Numbered from the stretch's first letter, positions 17,752-27,389 are shown. The stretch: DNA of 64,000 bases from an uncultured Chloroflexia bacterium (GCA_963763775.1 CAVXPZ010000003.1:384001-448000); one strand, 5' to 3'. Notes: generated from the sequence alone by a model not told the origin. Numbers and translations: made by a program.

Positions 17752-18528
17752 GTGACCATCGCCCCCGCACCGCCAGCGGTGCGCTCCATCCGCCACCGGG
17801 TCCTTCGCCGACCCACGGAGCAGGCCTCCGAGGAGCGCGATGTCCTGGTGCTGCACGACGTCACGAAGCAGTATCCCAACGGCAAGGTCGCGCTTCGCGA
17901 TGTGGACCTGGTCATCCCCGAAGGCGACTTCGTCTTCCTCGTCGGGCCGTCCGGAGCCGGGAAGTCCACGCTCATCAAGCTGCTGATCCGCGATGAGCTC
18001 GCCACTCGCGGCGAGGTGGTCCTCGACGGACAGGACCTCGCGAGGCTGCCTCGCCGCCAGGTCCCCAAGATGCGCCGCAAGATCGGGATCATCTTCCAGG
18101 ACTTCAAGTTGCTGCCGAGCAAGACGGTCTGGGAGAACGTCGCCTTCGCGCTCGAAGTGACCGGGACGCCCCGTCGCAAGGTCCGCCCCGCCGTGGACCG
18201 GGTGCTCGCCCTGGTCGGCCTGACAGCCCAGTCGAAGCAGGTCCCGGCGCAGCTCTCCGGGGGCGAGCAGCAGCGGACCGCGATCGCGCGCGCCCTCGTC
18301 CACGACCCGCGGCTGATCATCGCGGACGAGCCCACCGGCAACCTCGACCCGCTGATCAGCTGGGAGATCCTCCAGCTGCTGCTGCGGATCAACGAGCTCG
18401 GCGTGACCGTTCTGATGGCCACGCACAACGCCGAGGTCGTGACGTCGCTGCGACGCCGCGTCGTGGCGCTCGAAGAGGGCCGGATCATCCGCGACGAGGT
18501 CGGTGGCGCCTACCACCGCGAGGACTGA
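17752..18528 (+). CDS. ftsE: Cell division ATP-binding protein FtsE
   Basis: GPSGAGKS, FQDFKLL, LSGGEQQR, ADEPTGNLD; upstream of ftsX; start uncertain. Confidence 0.93.
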   Translation: MTIAPAPPAVRSIRHRVLRRPTEQASEERDVLVLHDVTKQYPNGKVALRDVDLVIPEGDFVFLVGPSGAGKSTLIKLLIRDELATRGEVVLDGQDLARLPRRQVPKMRRKIGIIFQDFKLLPSKTVWENVAFALEVTGTPRRKVRPAVDRVLALVGLTAQSKQVPAQLSGGEQQRTAIARALVHDPRLIIADEPTGNLDPLISWEILQLLLRINELGVTVLMATHNAEVVTSLRRRVVALEEGRIIRDEVGGAYHRED

Positions 18529-18531
18529 CCG

Positions 18532-19416
18532 ATGATCGGCTTCGTCCTCTTCAGCATGCGGCGCGCCTGGCAGGGCTTCTGGCGCAACGCGGTCATGAGC
18601 CTGGCGGCGACCGCGACCATGGTGCTGATGCTGCTGCTGCTCGCAGGGTTCTGGATCATCCAGACCGGCCTGCTCGCCGGCCTCCAGTTCACCGAGCAGA
18701 AGGTCGAAGTCGTCGCCGACCTCCAGGACAACATCCTCGACAGCCAGGTGACCGACCTCTCGGACCGGGTCAAGGCCCTGCCCGAGGTCGCCACCGTGAC
18801 CTACGTCAGCCGCGATGACGCCCTTGCGCGTTTCCGCGAACGACTCAAGGAGCAGGGGCAGGAGGACCTGACGCGGTACCTCGATACGAACCCGCTCCAC
18901 GCCAGCCTCGAGGTCAAGCTGGTCGATCCCCACGTGTTCGGCTCGGTGGTCGAGATGCTCCGCCAGGAGTCGATCGTCGCCTCGGTGAAGGAGCAGCAGA
19001 AACTCGTCGACCAGGTGCTGACCGTCACGAACATCCTGCGGACCGCCGGGACGGTGGTGCTGCTCATCGTCGGCGTCATCGCCCTGTTCATCATCGTGAA
19101 CACGATCCGGCTCGCCGTCGTCGCACGCGCCGAGGAGATCGAGATCATGCGGCTCGTCGGCGCGTCCGATGCCTTCATCCGTTGGCCGTTCGTGTTCGAG
19201 GGCGCGTTCGTCGGCCTGCTCGGGGCGGTGATCGCGCTCGGCATCCTCGTCGCGGTGGCCGATCCGGTCAGCGCGTTCATGGTCGACTTCTTCCGCGTGC
19301 TGCCGCTCCAGTTCGGCTCGCTCTCGCGCGACCTGATCGTCCTGATCCTCGGGTCCGGGCTCGGCCTGGGAATCCTCGGGTCGTGGGTCTCGGTCCGCAC
19401 CTACCTGATCCGCTAG
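18532..19416 (+). CDS. ftsX: Cell division permease FtsX
   Basis: NPL..SL, NTIRLAVVARAEEIEIMRLVGASDAFIRWPFVFEG. Confidence 0.95.
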   Translation: MIGFVLFSMRRAWQGFWRNAVMSLAATATMVLMLLLLAGFWIIQTGLLAGLQFTEQKVEVVADLQDNILDSQVTDLSDRVKALPEVATVTYVSRDDALARFRERLKEQGQEDLTRYLDTNPLHASLEVKLVDPHVFGSVVEMLRQESIVASVKEQQKLVDQVLTVTNILRTAGTVVLLIVGVIALFIIVNTIRLAVVARAEEIEIMRLVGASDAFIRWPFVFEGAFVGLLGAVIALGILVAVADPVSAFMVDFFRVLPLQFGSLSRDLIVLILGSGLGLGILGSWVSVRTYLIR

Positions 19417-19422
19417 CGCCAG

Positions 19423-20794
19423 ATGCCTCCCGACGACGAAGCCGCCGAACCCAGCGAGGCGGCGAGCCCGACCGGCGGACGCGACCGAGCCGGTGGCCGA
19501 GGCCTGAGCCGACGGCCAGGCAGCCGCGAGCGCCAAGCCTCGACGTCGTGGCGTCGTCCTCCCGGTCGCCATCGTCCTGGTCGCGCTCCTCGCGGGCGGT
19601 GCCCTGTTCCTTTCCGGCTACACGCTCGGGCTGCGGACCAGCACCGAACCCGGCACCGCGGTCACGGACGAGACCGCCTTCACGCCCTTCTGGGACACGT
19701 ACCACGCGATCGTCGACCGATATGCCGGCGGGCCGGTCGACCGCGAGGTCCTGGTCCAGGGGGCGATCCGCGGCATGATCGATGCCCTCGGCGACCCGTA
19801 CTCGTCGTACCTCACATCCGACGAGTACCGGGCGAGCCTCCAGGGGATCAGTGGCCAGTTCGAGGGCATCGGCGCCGAGATCGCGACGCAGGCCGCGGAC
19901 GGAACGCAAGGCTGCGCCACGCTGAGCCCGACGTGCCGCCTCCTGGTCGTCGCCCCGGTCGCCGGCTCGCCCGCCGACAAGGCGGGACTCAAGGCCGGCG
20001 ACCTGATCCTCGCGACGGACGGCGCCCCGCTCGACGGCCTGAACGTCGACAGCGCCCGCGACAAGATCCGCGGGCCCAAGGGCAGCGTCGTGACGCTGAC
20101 CGTCCAGCGCGGCACGGCGTCCCCGTTCGATCTCACGATCACTCGAGACATCGTCCAGGAGCAGGAGGTCGTCAGCCGCGATCTCGCTGACGGGACCGTC
20201 GGATACGTCCGGGTGAATGGGTTCTCCGACACCGCGGCCACCGCGGCCCATGACGCCATCGCCGCGCACGTCGCGGCCGGCCGGAAGTCGATCGTCCTCG
20301 ACCTGCGGGGCGATCCCGGCGGCTACGTGACCGCTGCTCGCTCGATCGCCAGCGAGTTCATCGCCACGGGGCCGATCTTCTTCGAGGAGGACGCCAAGGG
20401 CGTCCAGATCGCCACCGACGCGATCCCCGGCGGCGTCGCCACCGACCCCGCCATCCGCGTGGTCGTGCTCGTCGACGGCGGCAGCGCGTCGGCAAGCGAG
20501 ATCGTCGCGGGGGCGCTCCAGGACACGGGCCGGGCAACGCTCGTCGGCCAGAAGTCGTTCGGGAAGGGGACCGTCCAGCAGTGGCAGGAGCTGACCGGCG
20601 AGGGCGGGGCGTTCAAGCTGACCGTCGCGAAGTGGCTGACCCCGAAAGGGCGCTGGATCCACGGCGTGGGCCTGACCCCGGATGTCGTCGTCACGCTCCC
20701 GGACCCGGTCCCGGCCGGCACGGACCCGACGCTCGACAAGGCGCTCGAGGTCCTCGGCAAGACCGGCGCCGCCAAGCTCGATCCGGCGGCCTGA
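19423..20794 (+). CDS. S41 family C-terminal processing peptidase (PDZ); apparent +1 frameshift near 19500
   Basis: LGDPYSSYL, DLRGDPGG, SASASEIVAGALQD, SFGKG; the TM anchor PVAIVLVALLAGG lies in frame upstream of ATG 19775 but after a stop at 19505, so the ATG at 19423 needs a frameshift. Confidence 0.85.
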
Positions 20795-20873
20795 CTCGCG
20801 CCCCGGCCGCCTTCAGCGCTCGCGGGCCGCGCTGCTTCGAGCACCCGGGGGCGATCTCCCCACGTCATTGATA

Positions 20874-20900
20874 CTTCGATTTCGTACTACGAAATCGAAG
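20874..20900. promoter_or_regulatory. Perfect 13-1-13 inverted repeat, putative operator
   Basis: CTTCGATTTCGTA-C-TACGAAATCGAAG, AT-rich relative to its surroundings. Confidence 0.6.
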
Positions 20901-20972
20901 GACCGAAACGGCGGGTACGGGCGAGGGCGGGCGAGGGCGACGGGAGGCGACCCGGCGGCGCTCGGTTCGGGG

Positions 20973-21001
20973 TTGCACTCGGTCCGGGGTTCGGGTACGG
21001 T
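20973..21001 (+). promoter_or_regulatory. Putative sigma70 promoter of a small transcript
   Basis: TTGCAC-N17-TACGGT. Confidence 0.55.
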
Positions 21002-21007
21002 TCGCCC

Positions 21008-21140
21008 GAACGAAAGGAGGTGATGTGCAGTGATCGACAGTACGCCTAGCTGCACCACCTCGCAGGAGATGGCCGTTTAGTCGGACACCCCTGTGGGTGG
21101 GAACGCTATCGAACGCCGGCCCGCAACGGGCCGGCGTTCG
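21008..21140 (+). ncRNA. Putative small RNA or 16-aa sORF transcript with extended Shine-Dalgarno
   Basis: GAAAGGAGGTGAT at 21012-21024; sORF GTG 21030-TAG 21080 (MIDSTPSCTTSQEMAV); bounded by a promoter and a strong hairpin. Confidence 0.5.
21110..21140 (+). terminator. Strong hairpin (14-bp stem), probable terminator
   Basis: CGAACGCCGGCCCG-CAA-CGGGCCGGCGTTCG; no long U-tract. Confidence 0.55.
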
Positions 21141-21205
21141 TGCGCTCAGGACCTGCTGCGACCGCCGCGGCCATACTTCCACCCTCACGTCCGAAGGAGC
21201 CCTCC

Positions 21206-21673
21206 ATGCGCGACGAAGTGACCGTCGCCCTCAACCGAAGAGCCCGCCATGACTTCACCATCGACGACACGTTCGAGGCGGGCATCGTGCTGACCGGCAC
21301 GGAGATCAAGTCGATCCGCGCGGGCAAGGTCAACCTGTCCGATGCCTACGCGCGCGTCGAGCGCGGTGAGGCGTGGCTCATCGGTGCGCACATCGCGCCG
21401 TTCGAGGGCGGCAACCGCTACAACCACGAGCCCAAGCGCAACCGCAAGCTCCTGCTCCGACGCTCGGAGATCGATGAGCTCCTGGGCCGGGCGAAGGCCA
21501 AGGGGCAGACGATCGTCCCACTGCGGATGTACATCAACCCGAAGGGCCGGGCCAAGCTCGAGCTGGGCCTCGCCCGCGGCAAGCAGCTGCACGACCGCCG
21601 GCGCGATATCGCGGATCGCGACGCCCGGCGCGACGTGGCGCGTGAGCTCGCGGACGTCCAGCGCGGCCGATAG
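21206..21673 (+). CDS. smpB: SsrA-binding protein SmpB
   Basis: NRRARHDF, EAGIVLTGTEIKSIR, RKLLL, ARGKQLHDRR; SD AAGGAG. Confidence 0.97.
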   Translation: MRDEVTVALNRRARHDFTIDDTFEAGIVLTGTEIKSIRAGKVNLSDAYARVERGEAWLIGAHIAPFEGGNRYNHEPKRNRKLLLRRSEIDELLGRAKAKGQTIVPLRMYINPKGRAKLELGLARGKQLHDRRRDIADRDARRDVARELADVQRGR

Positions 21674-21706
21674 CGCGGCGACAGGACGACGCACGTGGAG
21701 GGGCCG

Positions 21707-22786
21707 ATGACGAGCACCATGCCGGACCGCCTGCGGATCGGCCCGGTCATCGAGGCCGTGGACGCGCACGCGTGCGGCGAACCGGGACGGGTCATCGTCG
21801 GCGGCGTCGAGGACGTCCCTGGCTTGACGATGTTCGACAAGATGACCTGGCTCCAGGCCAACCGCGACGACATCCGCCTCCGGATGCTGCGCGAGCCGCG
21901 GGGCTACCCGGCGGCGAACTGCAACCTCATCCTGCCCTCGAACCACCCCGAGGCGGCCGCCGGGTACGTGATCATGGAGCAGGTCGAGTACCCCGGGATG
22001 TCCGGCACGAACACGATGTGCGTCGTCACGGTCCTGCTGGAGACCGGGATGCTCCCGATGACCGAGCCCACGACCGAGCTCACGCTCGAGTCGCCGGCCG
22101 GGCTGATCCGCGTGACCGCCACGTGCCGAGACGGCAAGGTCGAGGACGTGACCTTCCGGAACGTGCCGGCATTCGCGACCCACCTCGACGCACCGGTGGA
22201 GGTCCCGCACCTCGGCACCGTGACCGTCGACGTCGCCTACGGCGGGATGTTCTACGTCATCGCGGACGCGGAGCGGTTCGGGCTCCGGCTCACCCCGGAC
22301 GAAGGCGCGGACATCGTGCGGATCACCGAGATGATCAAGGCCGCGGCCAACGAGCAGTTGCCCGTCGTCCACCCGGACCAGCCGGGGTTCGCGGGCATCA
22401 CGATCGGGCAGCTGTCGGGGCCGGCGCACGACGCGGCGAACAGCCGCCGGAACGTCGTGACCGTCTCGACCGGGACGCTCGACTGGGAGCGACCGGCAAC
22501 GTGGACGGGCGCCATCGACCGCTCGCCCTGCGGCACCGGGACGTCCGCGAAGATGGCGACGCTCTACGCCAAGGGCCAGCTTCGCGTGGGGGAGCCGTTC
22601 CGCCACGAGGGCATCCTCGGCACGGTGTTCACCGGCCGGCTGGTCGAGGAGACCGCGATCGGGTCGTACCGAGCGGCCGTCCCGACCATCACCGGGCAGG
22701 CCTGGATCACCGGGTTCGCCCGCTACGTCGTCGACCCCAGCGACCCGTTCCCGGACGGCTACACGATCGGCGACATCTGGGCGTGA
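21707..22786 (+). CDS. Proline racemase superfamily protein (Ser/Cys active-site pair)
   Basis: HACGEPGRV, REPRG, GMSGTNT, DVAYGG, DRSPCGTGTSA. Confidence 0.9.
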   Translation: MTSTMPDRLRIGPVIEAVDAHACGEPGRVIVGGVEDVPGLTMFDKMTWLQANRDDIRLRMLREPRGYPAANCNLILPSNHPEAAAGYVIMEQVEYPGMSGTNTMCVVTVLLETGMLPMTEPTTELTLESPAGLIRVTATCRDGKVEDVTFRNVPAFATHLDAPVEVPHLGTVTVDVAYGGMFYVIADAERFGLRLTPDEGADIVRITEMIKAAANEQLPVVHPDQPGFAGITIGQLSGPAHDAANSRRNVVTVSTGTLDWERPATWTGAIDRSPCGTGTSAKMATLYAKGQLRVGEPFRHEGILGTVFTGRLVEETAIGSYRAAVPTITGQAWITGFARYVVDPSDPFPDGYTIGDIWA

Positions 22787-23589
22787 AGGCCGGGATCACG
22801 CTCACCGTCGGCGGTCCGCGCGAGACGGCCGCCCTGGCGGCGGAAGCCGAAGCCGCGGGCTGGGACGGCGTCTTCACCTGGGACGGGATCGCGATCGGGA
22901 CGACCGAGACCTACGACCCGTGGGTCGTCCTGGCGGCGATCGCGATGCGGACCGAGCGCGTCCGGATCGGCGCGCTCGTCACGCCGCCGGCTCGACGACG
23001 GCCGTGGAAGCTGGCGCGCGAGACCATGACCCTGGATGTGCTCTCCGCCGGCCGGCTCGTGCTGCCGGTCGGACTCGGGGCCCTGGACGACGGGGCGTTC
23101 GGCAACGTCGGGGAGCCGACGGAGGCGCGGGTCCGGGCCGAGCGCCTCGACGAGAGCCTGGCGATCCTCGAGGGCCTGTGGAGCGGCGAACCGTTCGGGT
23201 TCGCCGGCGAGCACTACCGGTTCGACCCGATGACGTTCCTCCCGACGCCGGTGCAGCGCCCGCGGATCCCGATCTGGGTGATCGGGGCGTGGCCGAGCGA
23301 ACGGTCGGTGCGTCGCGCCCTCCGCTTCGACGGCATCCTGCCTCAATCCGACGACCCGGCGGTGGTCCGCGAGGTCGCCGCCCTCGTCGAGCGCGAGCGA
23401 CCCGCGGCGTCTCGCGACCGGCCGTTCGACATCGTCGTCGAAGGCGTCACCGCCGATCCGGCACGGGTCGACGACACGGTCGGGCCGATGCGCGAGGCCG
23501 GGGCGACCTGGTGGATCGAGTCGGACTGGACCGGCGCGACGGTGGACTCGCTCCGGCGGCGGATCGCGGCGGGGCCGCCGGCCGGCTGA
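22783..23589 (+). CDS. LLM class flavin-dependent oxidoreductase
   Basis: AEAAGWDGVF, DPWVVLAAIA..TERVRIG, LDVLSAGRLVL, PVQRPRIPIW; GTGA overlap. Confidence 0.88.
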   Translation: MKAGITLTVGGPRETAALAAEAEAAGWDGVFTWDGIAIGTTETYDPWVVLAAIAMRTERVRIGALVTPPARRRPWKLARETMTLDVLSAGRLVLPVGLGALDDGAFGNVGEPTEARVRAERLDESLAILEGLWSGEPFGFAGEHYRFDPMTFLPTPVQRPRIPIWVIGAWPSERSVRRALRFDGILPQSDDPAVVREVAALVERERPAASRDRPFDIVVEGVTADPARVDDTVGPMREAGATWWIESDWTGATVDSLRRRIAAGPPAG

Positions 23590-23620
23590 CCGAGGCCGCC
23601 CTCGCCCTGACCGCGATCGG

Positions 23621-25327
23621 TCAGCGCAGCCAGTACCGGCGATTGAGCGGGAGCACGTCCACAGGAGCGACCTCGAGCGCCCGACCGGCGAGCGTCACGC
23701 GGCCATCCGACCGGTCCACCTCGATCGGCGCCGTCGCGCGGTTCCGGGCGAGCGCCTCGCGGGTGATCCCTCGAGTGCCCCCGACGGCGACGGCTGTGCG
23801 TCCCGGAGCCTCGAGGCGCGCGACCAACCGGCGGTCCGCGGCACCGTGCGCGGACACGAACGTCAGCGACAGGCTCGCGGCCGCCCGACCGTCGCCACCC
23901 CAGTCCGGCCGGTAGCGGGTGGGCTCCGCGTGATCGACGGTGGCGTTGCCCTCGCCCAGCGGGCCCCACGCGGCGACACCGCCCTTCAGCACGAGCTCAG
24001 GTTTCACGCCGAAATACGCCGGGCTCCACAGGACGATGTCGGCGAGCCGTCCGGGCGCGAGCGACCCCACGTGGTCCGAGATGCCGTGGGCGATGGCCGG
24101 CTCCGTGGTGACCTTGGCCAGGTAGCGGAGCACCCGGTCGTTCGCGTCGAACAGGTCGCCGCTCTCTGGCGGGAGCCCGGGATGACCGGCGCCGGCCGTT
24201 GACGCGCGCCACGCCTGCATGACGTGGGCGAGCTGGAACGTCCGCCGGACCGTCTCCATCATCCGGCCCATGCCCTGTGAGTCCGAGTTGACGATCGCGA
24301 TCGCCCCGAGCTCGTGGAGCGGACCCTCGGCCGCCATCGACGCCGGGTGGACGCGCTCCGAGACGAGCGCCACGTCCTCGGCCACGCCGAACGACTGGCC
24401 GTGGTTGAGGATGATCATCGGGATCTGTTCCGCCGCGGCGTTGACGCCGAACGGGATCGTCGGGGTCGTGGACGAGCACAGGATGTTCGGCTCGCGCACG
24501 AGTCCCAGCAGATCCGGGACGTGGCCGCCTCCGCTCCCCTCGACGTGATACGCGTGAACGGTCCGACCCGCGATCGCCGCCACCGTGTCCTCGAGCTCAG
24601 CCGACTCGTGGAGGCCGTCCGTGTGGAGGGCGACCGCCACGTCATGCGCAGTCGCGAACCGCAGCACGTGGTCGATGAGTTCGGGATAGGCGCCGTAGTC
24701 CTCATGGATCTTGAACCCGCAGGCCCCGGCGTCGAGCAGCGCCTCGAGGACGGCATCGTCCTCGGCGCGGGCGCAGGCCTGCAGGCCGACGTTGAGCGGC
24801 CAGGTCGCAAGGCGATCGAGGGTGCGGGCCATCGCGTACGGCGGCTCCTCGAAGCCCGCTGTGAGCAGGGTGGTCACGCCGCCGGACAGGGCCGCTGGGA
24901 GCAGCTCGGGCGTGATGAGGTGCACGTGACTGTCGACCGCGCCGGCCGTCGCGATGAGGCCGTAGCCCATGATGGGCTGGGTGTGCGGGCCGATCGGCAG
25001 GTCGATGCCGTCGCTGACCGCGTCGCTCCCGGCCCGACCGACGCCGACCACGCGGCCGTCCTTGATCCCGATGTCGGCCTTCACGACGCCGATGAGCGGA
25101 TCGACGACGAGCGCACCGGCGATGACGACATCGAGCTCCGACGGGCCGGGACGGCCCTGGATCGAGCGTGGCCGGATGGTCTTGGCGTAGCCCCAGATCG
25201 GCTCGTCGCCGGGAGCCTGCCGGTCCTCCTCGACGCGGACCCACAGGTCCGTGTCGGCGAGCCGGACCCGGTCGCCGGTCGTGGGACCGTAGCGGGCGAG
25301 GCGCTCCTGCGGGGTGAGGCGCGTCAC
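23621..25327 (-). CDS. Urease alpha-subunit-like amidohydrolase (divergent)
   Basis: YGPTTGDRVRLADTDL, DSHVH, FKIHED, HTD, HAYHVEGSGGGH, SDSQGMGR; substrate loop and flap altered. Confidence 0.88.
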   Translation of the reverse strand: MTRLTPQERLARYGPTTGDRVRLADTDLWVRVEEDRQAPGDEPIWGYAKTIRPRSIQGRPGPSELDVVIAGALVVDPLIGVVKADIGIKDGRVVGVGRAGSDAVSDGIDLPIGPHTQPIMGYGLIATAGAVDSHVHLITPELLPAALSGGVTTLLTAGFEEPPYAMARTLDRLATWPLNVGLQACARAEDDAVLEALLDAGACGFKIHEDYGAYPELIDHVLRFATAHDVAVALHTDGLHESAELEDTVAAIAGRTVHAYHVEGSGGGHVPDLLGLVREPNILCSSTTPTIPFGVNAAAEQIPMIILNHGQSFGVAEDVALVSERVHPASMAAEGPLHELGAIAIVNSDSQGMGRMMETVRRTFQLAHVMQAWRASTAGAGHPGLPPESGDLFDANDRVLRYLAKVTTEPAIAHGISDHVGSLAPGRLADIVLWSPAYFGVKPELVLKGGVAAWGPLGEGNATVDHAEPTRYRPDWGGDGRAAASLSLTFVSAHGAADRRLVARLEAPGRTAVAVGGTRGITREALARNRATAPIEVDRSDGRVTLAGRALEVAPVDVLPLNRRYWLR

Positions 25328-25331
25328 GAGG

Positions 25332-25946
25332 TCACCCGCGGCCGCCTGGCTCGCCTGGACCGCGATGCCCGCCGAAGCGGACCAGGCGGACGGTCCGGGT
25401 CTCGCCCGGCGACCAGCGCTCGGTCGAGCCGGACGGGAGATCGAGGCGGTACCCGGCCGCGGCGGCCCGGTCGAATTCGAGTCGCGGGTTGACGCGCTCG
25501 AACGGGTAGTGGCTCGACACCCGGACGACCCGGGTCGAGCCGTTGCGGACCGTGAGCTGGATCGCCTCCGTCGCGTCGGCGCCGGCCGGCGCGGCGTCGC
25601 TCGTCGACGCGAGACGGACGGCTCCAGGACCGTCCTCCGCTGCCGGGCCGAGCGGGTCGAGCAGCACGACGAGCCGCGTCCCGTCGTCCATCAGGACCTC
25701 GAGCGTGACGCGGTCGACGAGCGCCGGCACGCCCGGAAGGACCTCGGCCGGATCGACCGCTCCACGCCCGGCCGCCTCCACCTCGGCGTAGGTGGCCCCG
25801 GCGCGGGCCGCCTCGAGCATCGCGTCGCAGATCAGCGCGACGGCCTCGGGGGCGTTGAGCGCCAGGCCGGCCGCCCGATGGCGCCGAGCCAGCTCGGCCG
25901 CGGTGAAGATCAGGAGGCGCTCCTCCTCCCAGTGGGTCAGCCGCAT
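25332..25946 (-). CDS. Urease gamma/beta fusion subunit-like protein
   Basis: MRLTHWEEERLLIF..LNAPEAVALI (gamma) fused to VRVSSHYPFERVNPRLEFDR..GYRLDLPSG (beta). Confidence 0.9.
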   Translation of the reverse strand: MRLTHWEEERLLIFTAAELARRHRAAGLALNAPEAVALICDAMLEAARAGATYAEVEAAGRGAVDPAEVLPGVPALVDRVTLEVLMDDGTRLVVLLDPLGPAAEDGPGAVRLASTSDAAPAGADATEAIQLTVRNGSTRVVRVSSHYPFERVNPRLEFDRAAAAGYRLDLPSGSTERWSPGETRTVRLVRFGGHRGPGEPGGRG

Positions 25947-25979
25947 CGACCCATCGTAGCGGCGTCGGGCGCCGGCGCG

Positions 25980-27260
25980 CTAGGGCGCGATCGACGACCG
26001 GCTCGACGCGGTTCGCAGGTCGGGCGCCATCGTGGGTCGCGCCGGCTCCGGGATGGCGATCGGGGCCGCTGGGGTCGCGGCCGGCATCCCGGCTCGCGCG
26101 TAGAGGACGACCCCGATCCCCGTCGCGACGGCGCACAGGAGCAGGCCCGCCGTGACATCGACGATCCCGGCCTGGAGCAGCGCGCTCATGAGGAACGCGG
26201 CGACGATCCCGCGCGCGCCGGTGATCGCATTCCAGCCGGCCATCGCGGCCGCGCGCGACTGGAGCGGCGTGTGGTCGCTGACGACGGCGGCGATGCCGAC
26301 ATCGATCGAGGCGCTCGCCGCGCCGGCCGCCAGCGCCGCGACCCACAGCACGAGGACGCTCGGCGCGAACGCCACGGCGATCAGCGAGAGCAGGCCCATC
26401 GTCGTGCCGATGCGCATCGCGACGAGCGCTCCGAAGCGGTCGCTCACCACGCCCCAGGCCATGAACGAGACCGTGGTCGAGGCCGCCGTCAGGATGCCGA
26501 TGATGCCGACGTCGGCGAGCGACAGGTCGAGCCGATCGACGTACACGAGCGCGTAGAGCGGAAGCGCGGCGATCAGCCCGCCGCCGTAGAACCCCTGGGC
26601 CAGGGCCACCTTCGAGAGGACCGGGCGCTCGCGCAGGGCGCGGATGGAGTCACGGGCGGAGAACACCGGCGGCCGCTCGGCAGCTCGCGCGCGGAACCCC
26701 ACGTACGCGATCGCGCACACAGCGCCGACGATCCCCGCGATCGCGACGGCCGTCGGCCCGCCCAGTCGGTCGGCGATGATCCCGCCGGCGAAGGCCGCGA
26801 GCGCCGCTGCGGCGGCCCGACCCGTGCCGATGACGCCGACGATCCGGCCGCGAAGTCGGGCCGGGTACATCGCGCCCCACAGGCGCAGGTGGAACGGGCT
26901 CCCGAACGACAGGCTGATCCAGAAGATGACCGTGGCGACGACCATGACCGGCGCCGTCGGCACGACGAACAGGGCGACGAGACTGGCCGACCCGATGGCG
27001 CGGATCAGCGCCAGCTGGCCGGTCGAGCGTGGCCCGAAGCGGCCGGCGAACGCGCCGAGCAGGTTGGCGATGAACGGGGCCGCGGCGAGCGCCGCGAGAC
27101 CCATCGGCTCGAGGCCGCCGCGCCGGGCGATCGTCGGCAGGAGGGAGGTGACGAGGGCGGCGCTGACGCCGACGCCGACGCCCGCGACGAGGTCGAGGGC
27201 GAGGTTGCGCCCGACCGCGCGCTGCGTCGGAGAAGGATGGATCGCCGGCCGGAACACCAC
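25980..27260 (-). CDS. MFS transporter
   Basis: About 12 hydrophobic segments, GGIIADRLG and GVVSDRFG motif-A-like loops. Confidence 0.88.
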   Translation of the reverse strand: MVFRPAIHPSPTQRAVGRNLALDLVAGVGVGVSAALVTSLLPTIARRGGLEPMGLAALAAAPFIANLLGAFAGRFGPRSTGQLALIRAIGSASLVALFVVPTAPVMVVATVIFWISLSFGSPFHLRLWGAMYPARLRGRIVGVIGTGRAAAAALAAFAGGIIADRLGGPTAVAIAGIVGAVCAIAYVGFRARAAERPPVFSARDSIRALRERPVLSKVALAQGFYGGGLIAALPLYALVYVDRLDLSLADVGIIGILTAASTTVSFMAWGVVSDRFGALVAMRIGTTMGLLSLIAVAFAPSVLVLWVAALAAGAASASIDVGIAAVVSDHTPLQSRAAAMAGWNAITGARGIVAAFLMSALLQAGIVDVTAGLLLCAVATGIGVVLYARAGMPAATPAAPIAIPEPARPTMAPDLRTASSRSSIAP

Positions 27261-27283
27261 GTACCTCGAAGCAAGCCCGCTTG

Positions 27284-27389
27284 GCCTGCGAGGTGAGCTG
27301 TCGGGCTCGGCGTGGGTTCGCCGTCGCGGTCGCTCCGCGATTCGCCCCAGGTGGTGGGTCCCCCGTCCTCAGCGTGCTGAGGCTCGGCC
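27284..27389 (-). ncRNA. Cyclic di-AMP (ydaO/yuaA) riboswitch
   Basis: Minus strand GCCGAGCCTCAGC..GCTGAGG-ACGGGGGACCCA..TGGGGCGAATC..GCCGAGCCCGACAGCTCACCTCGCAGGC matches the ydaO consensus blocks; lies in the MFS leader. Confidence 0.88.

Noticed and set aside
21012-21024. 16S rRNA gene fragment on the minus strand
   Set aside because: Match is limited to 13 nt and diverges immediately (GTGCAG instead of CCAGCC)
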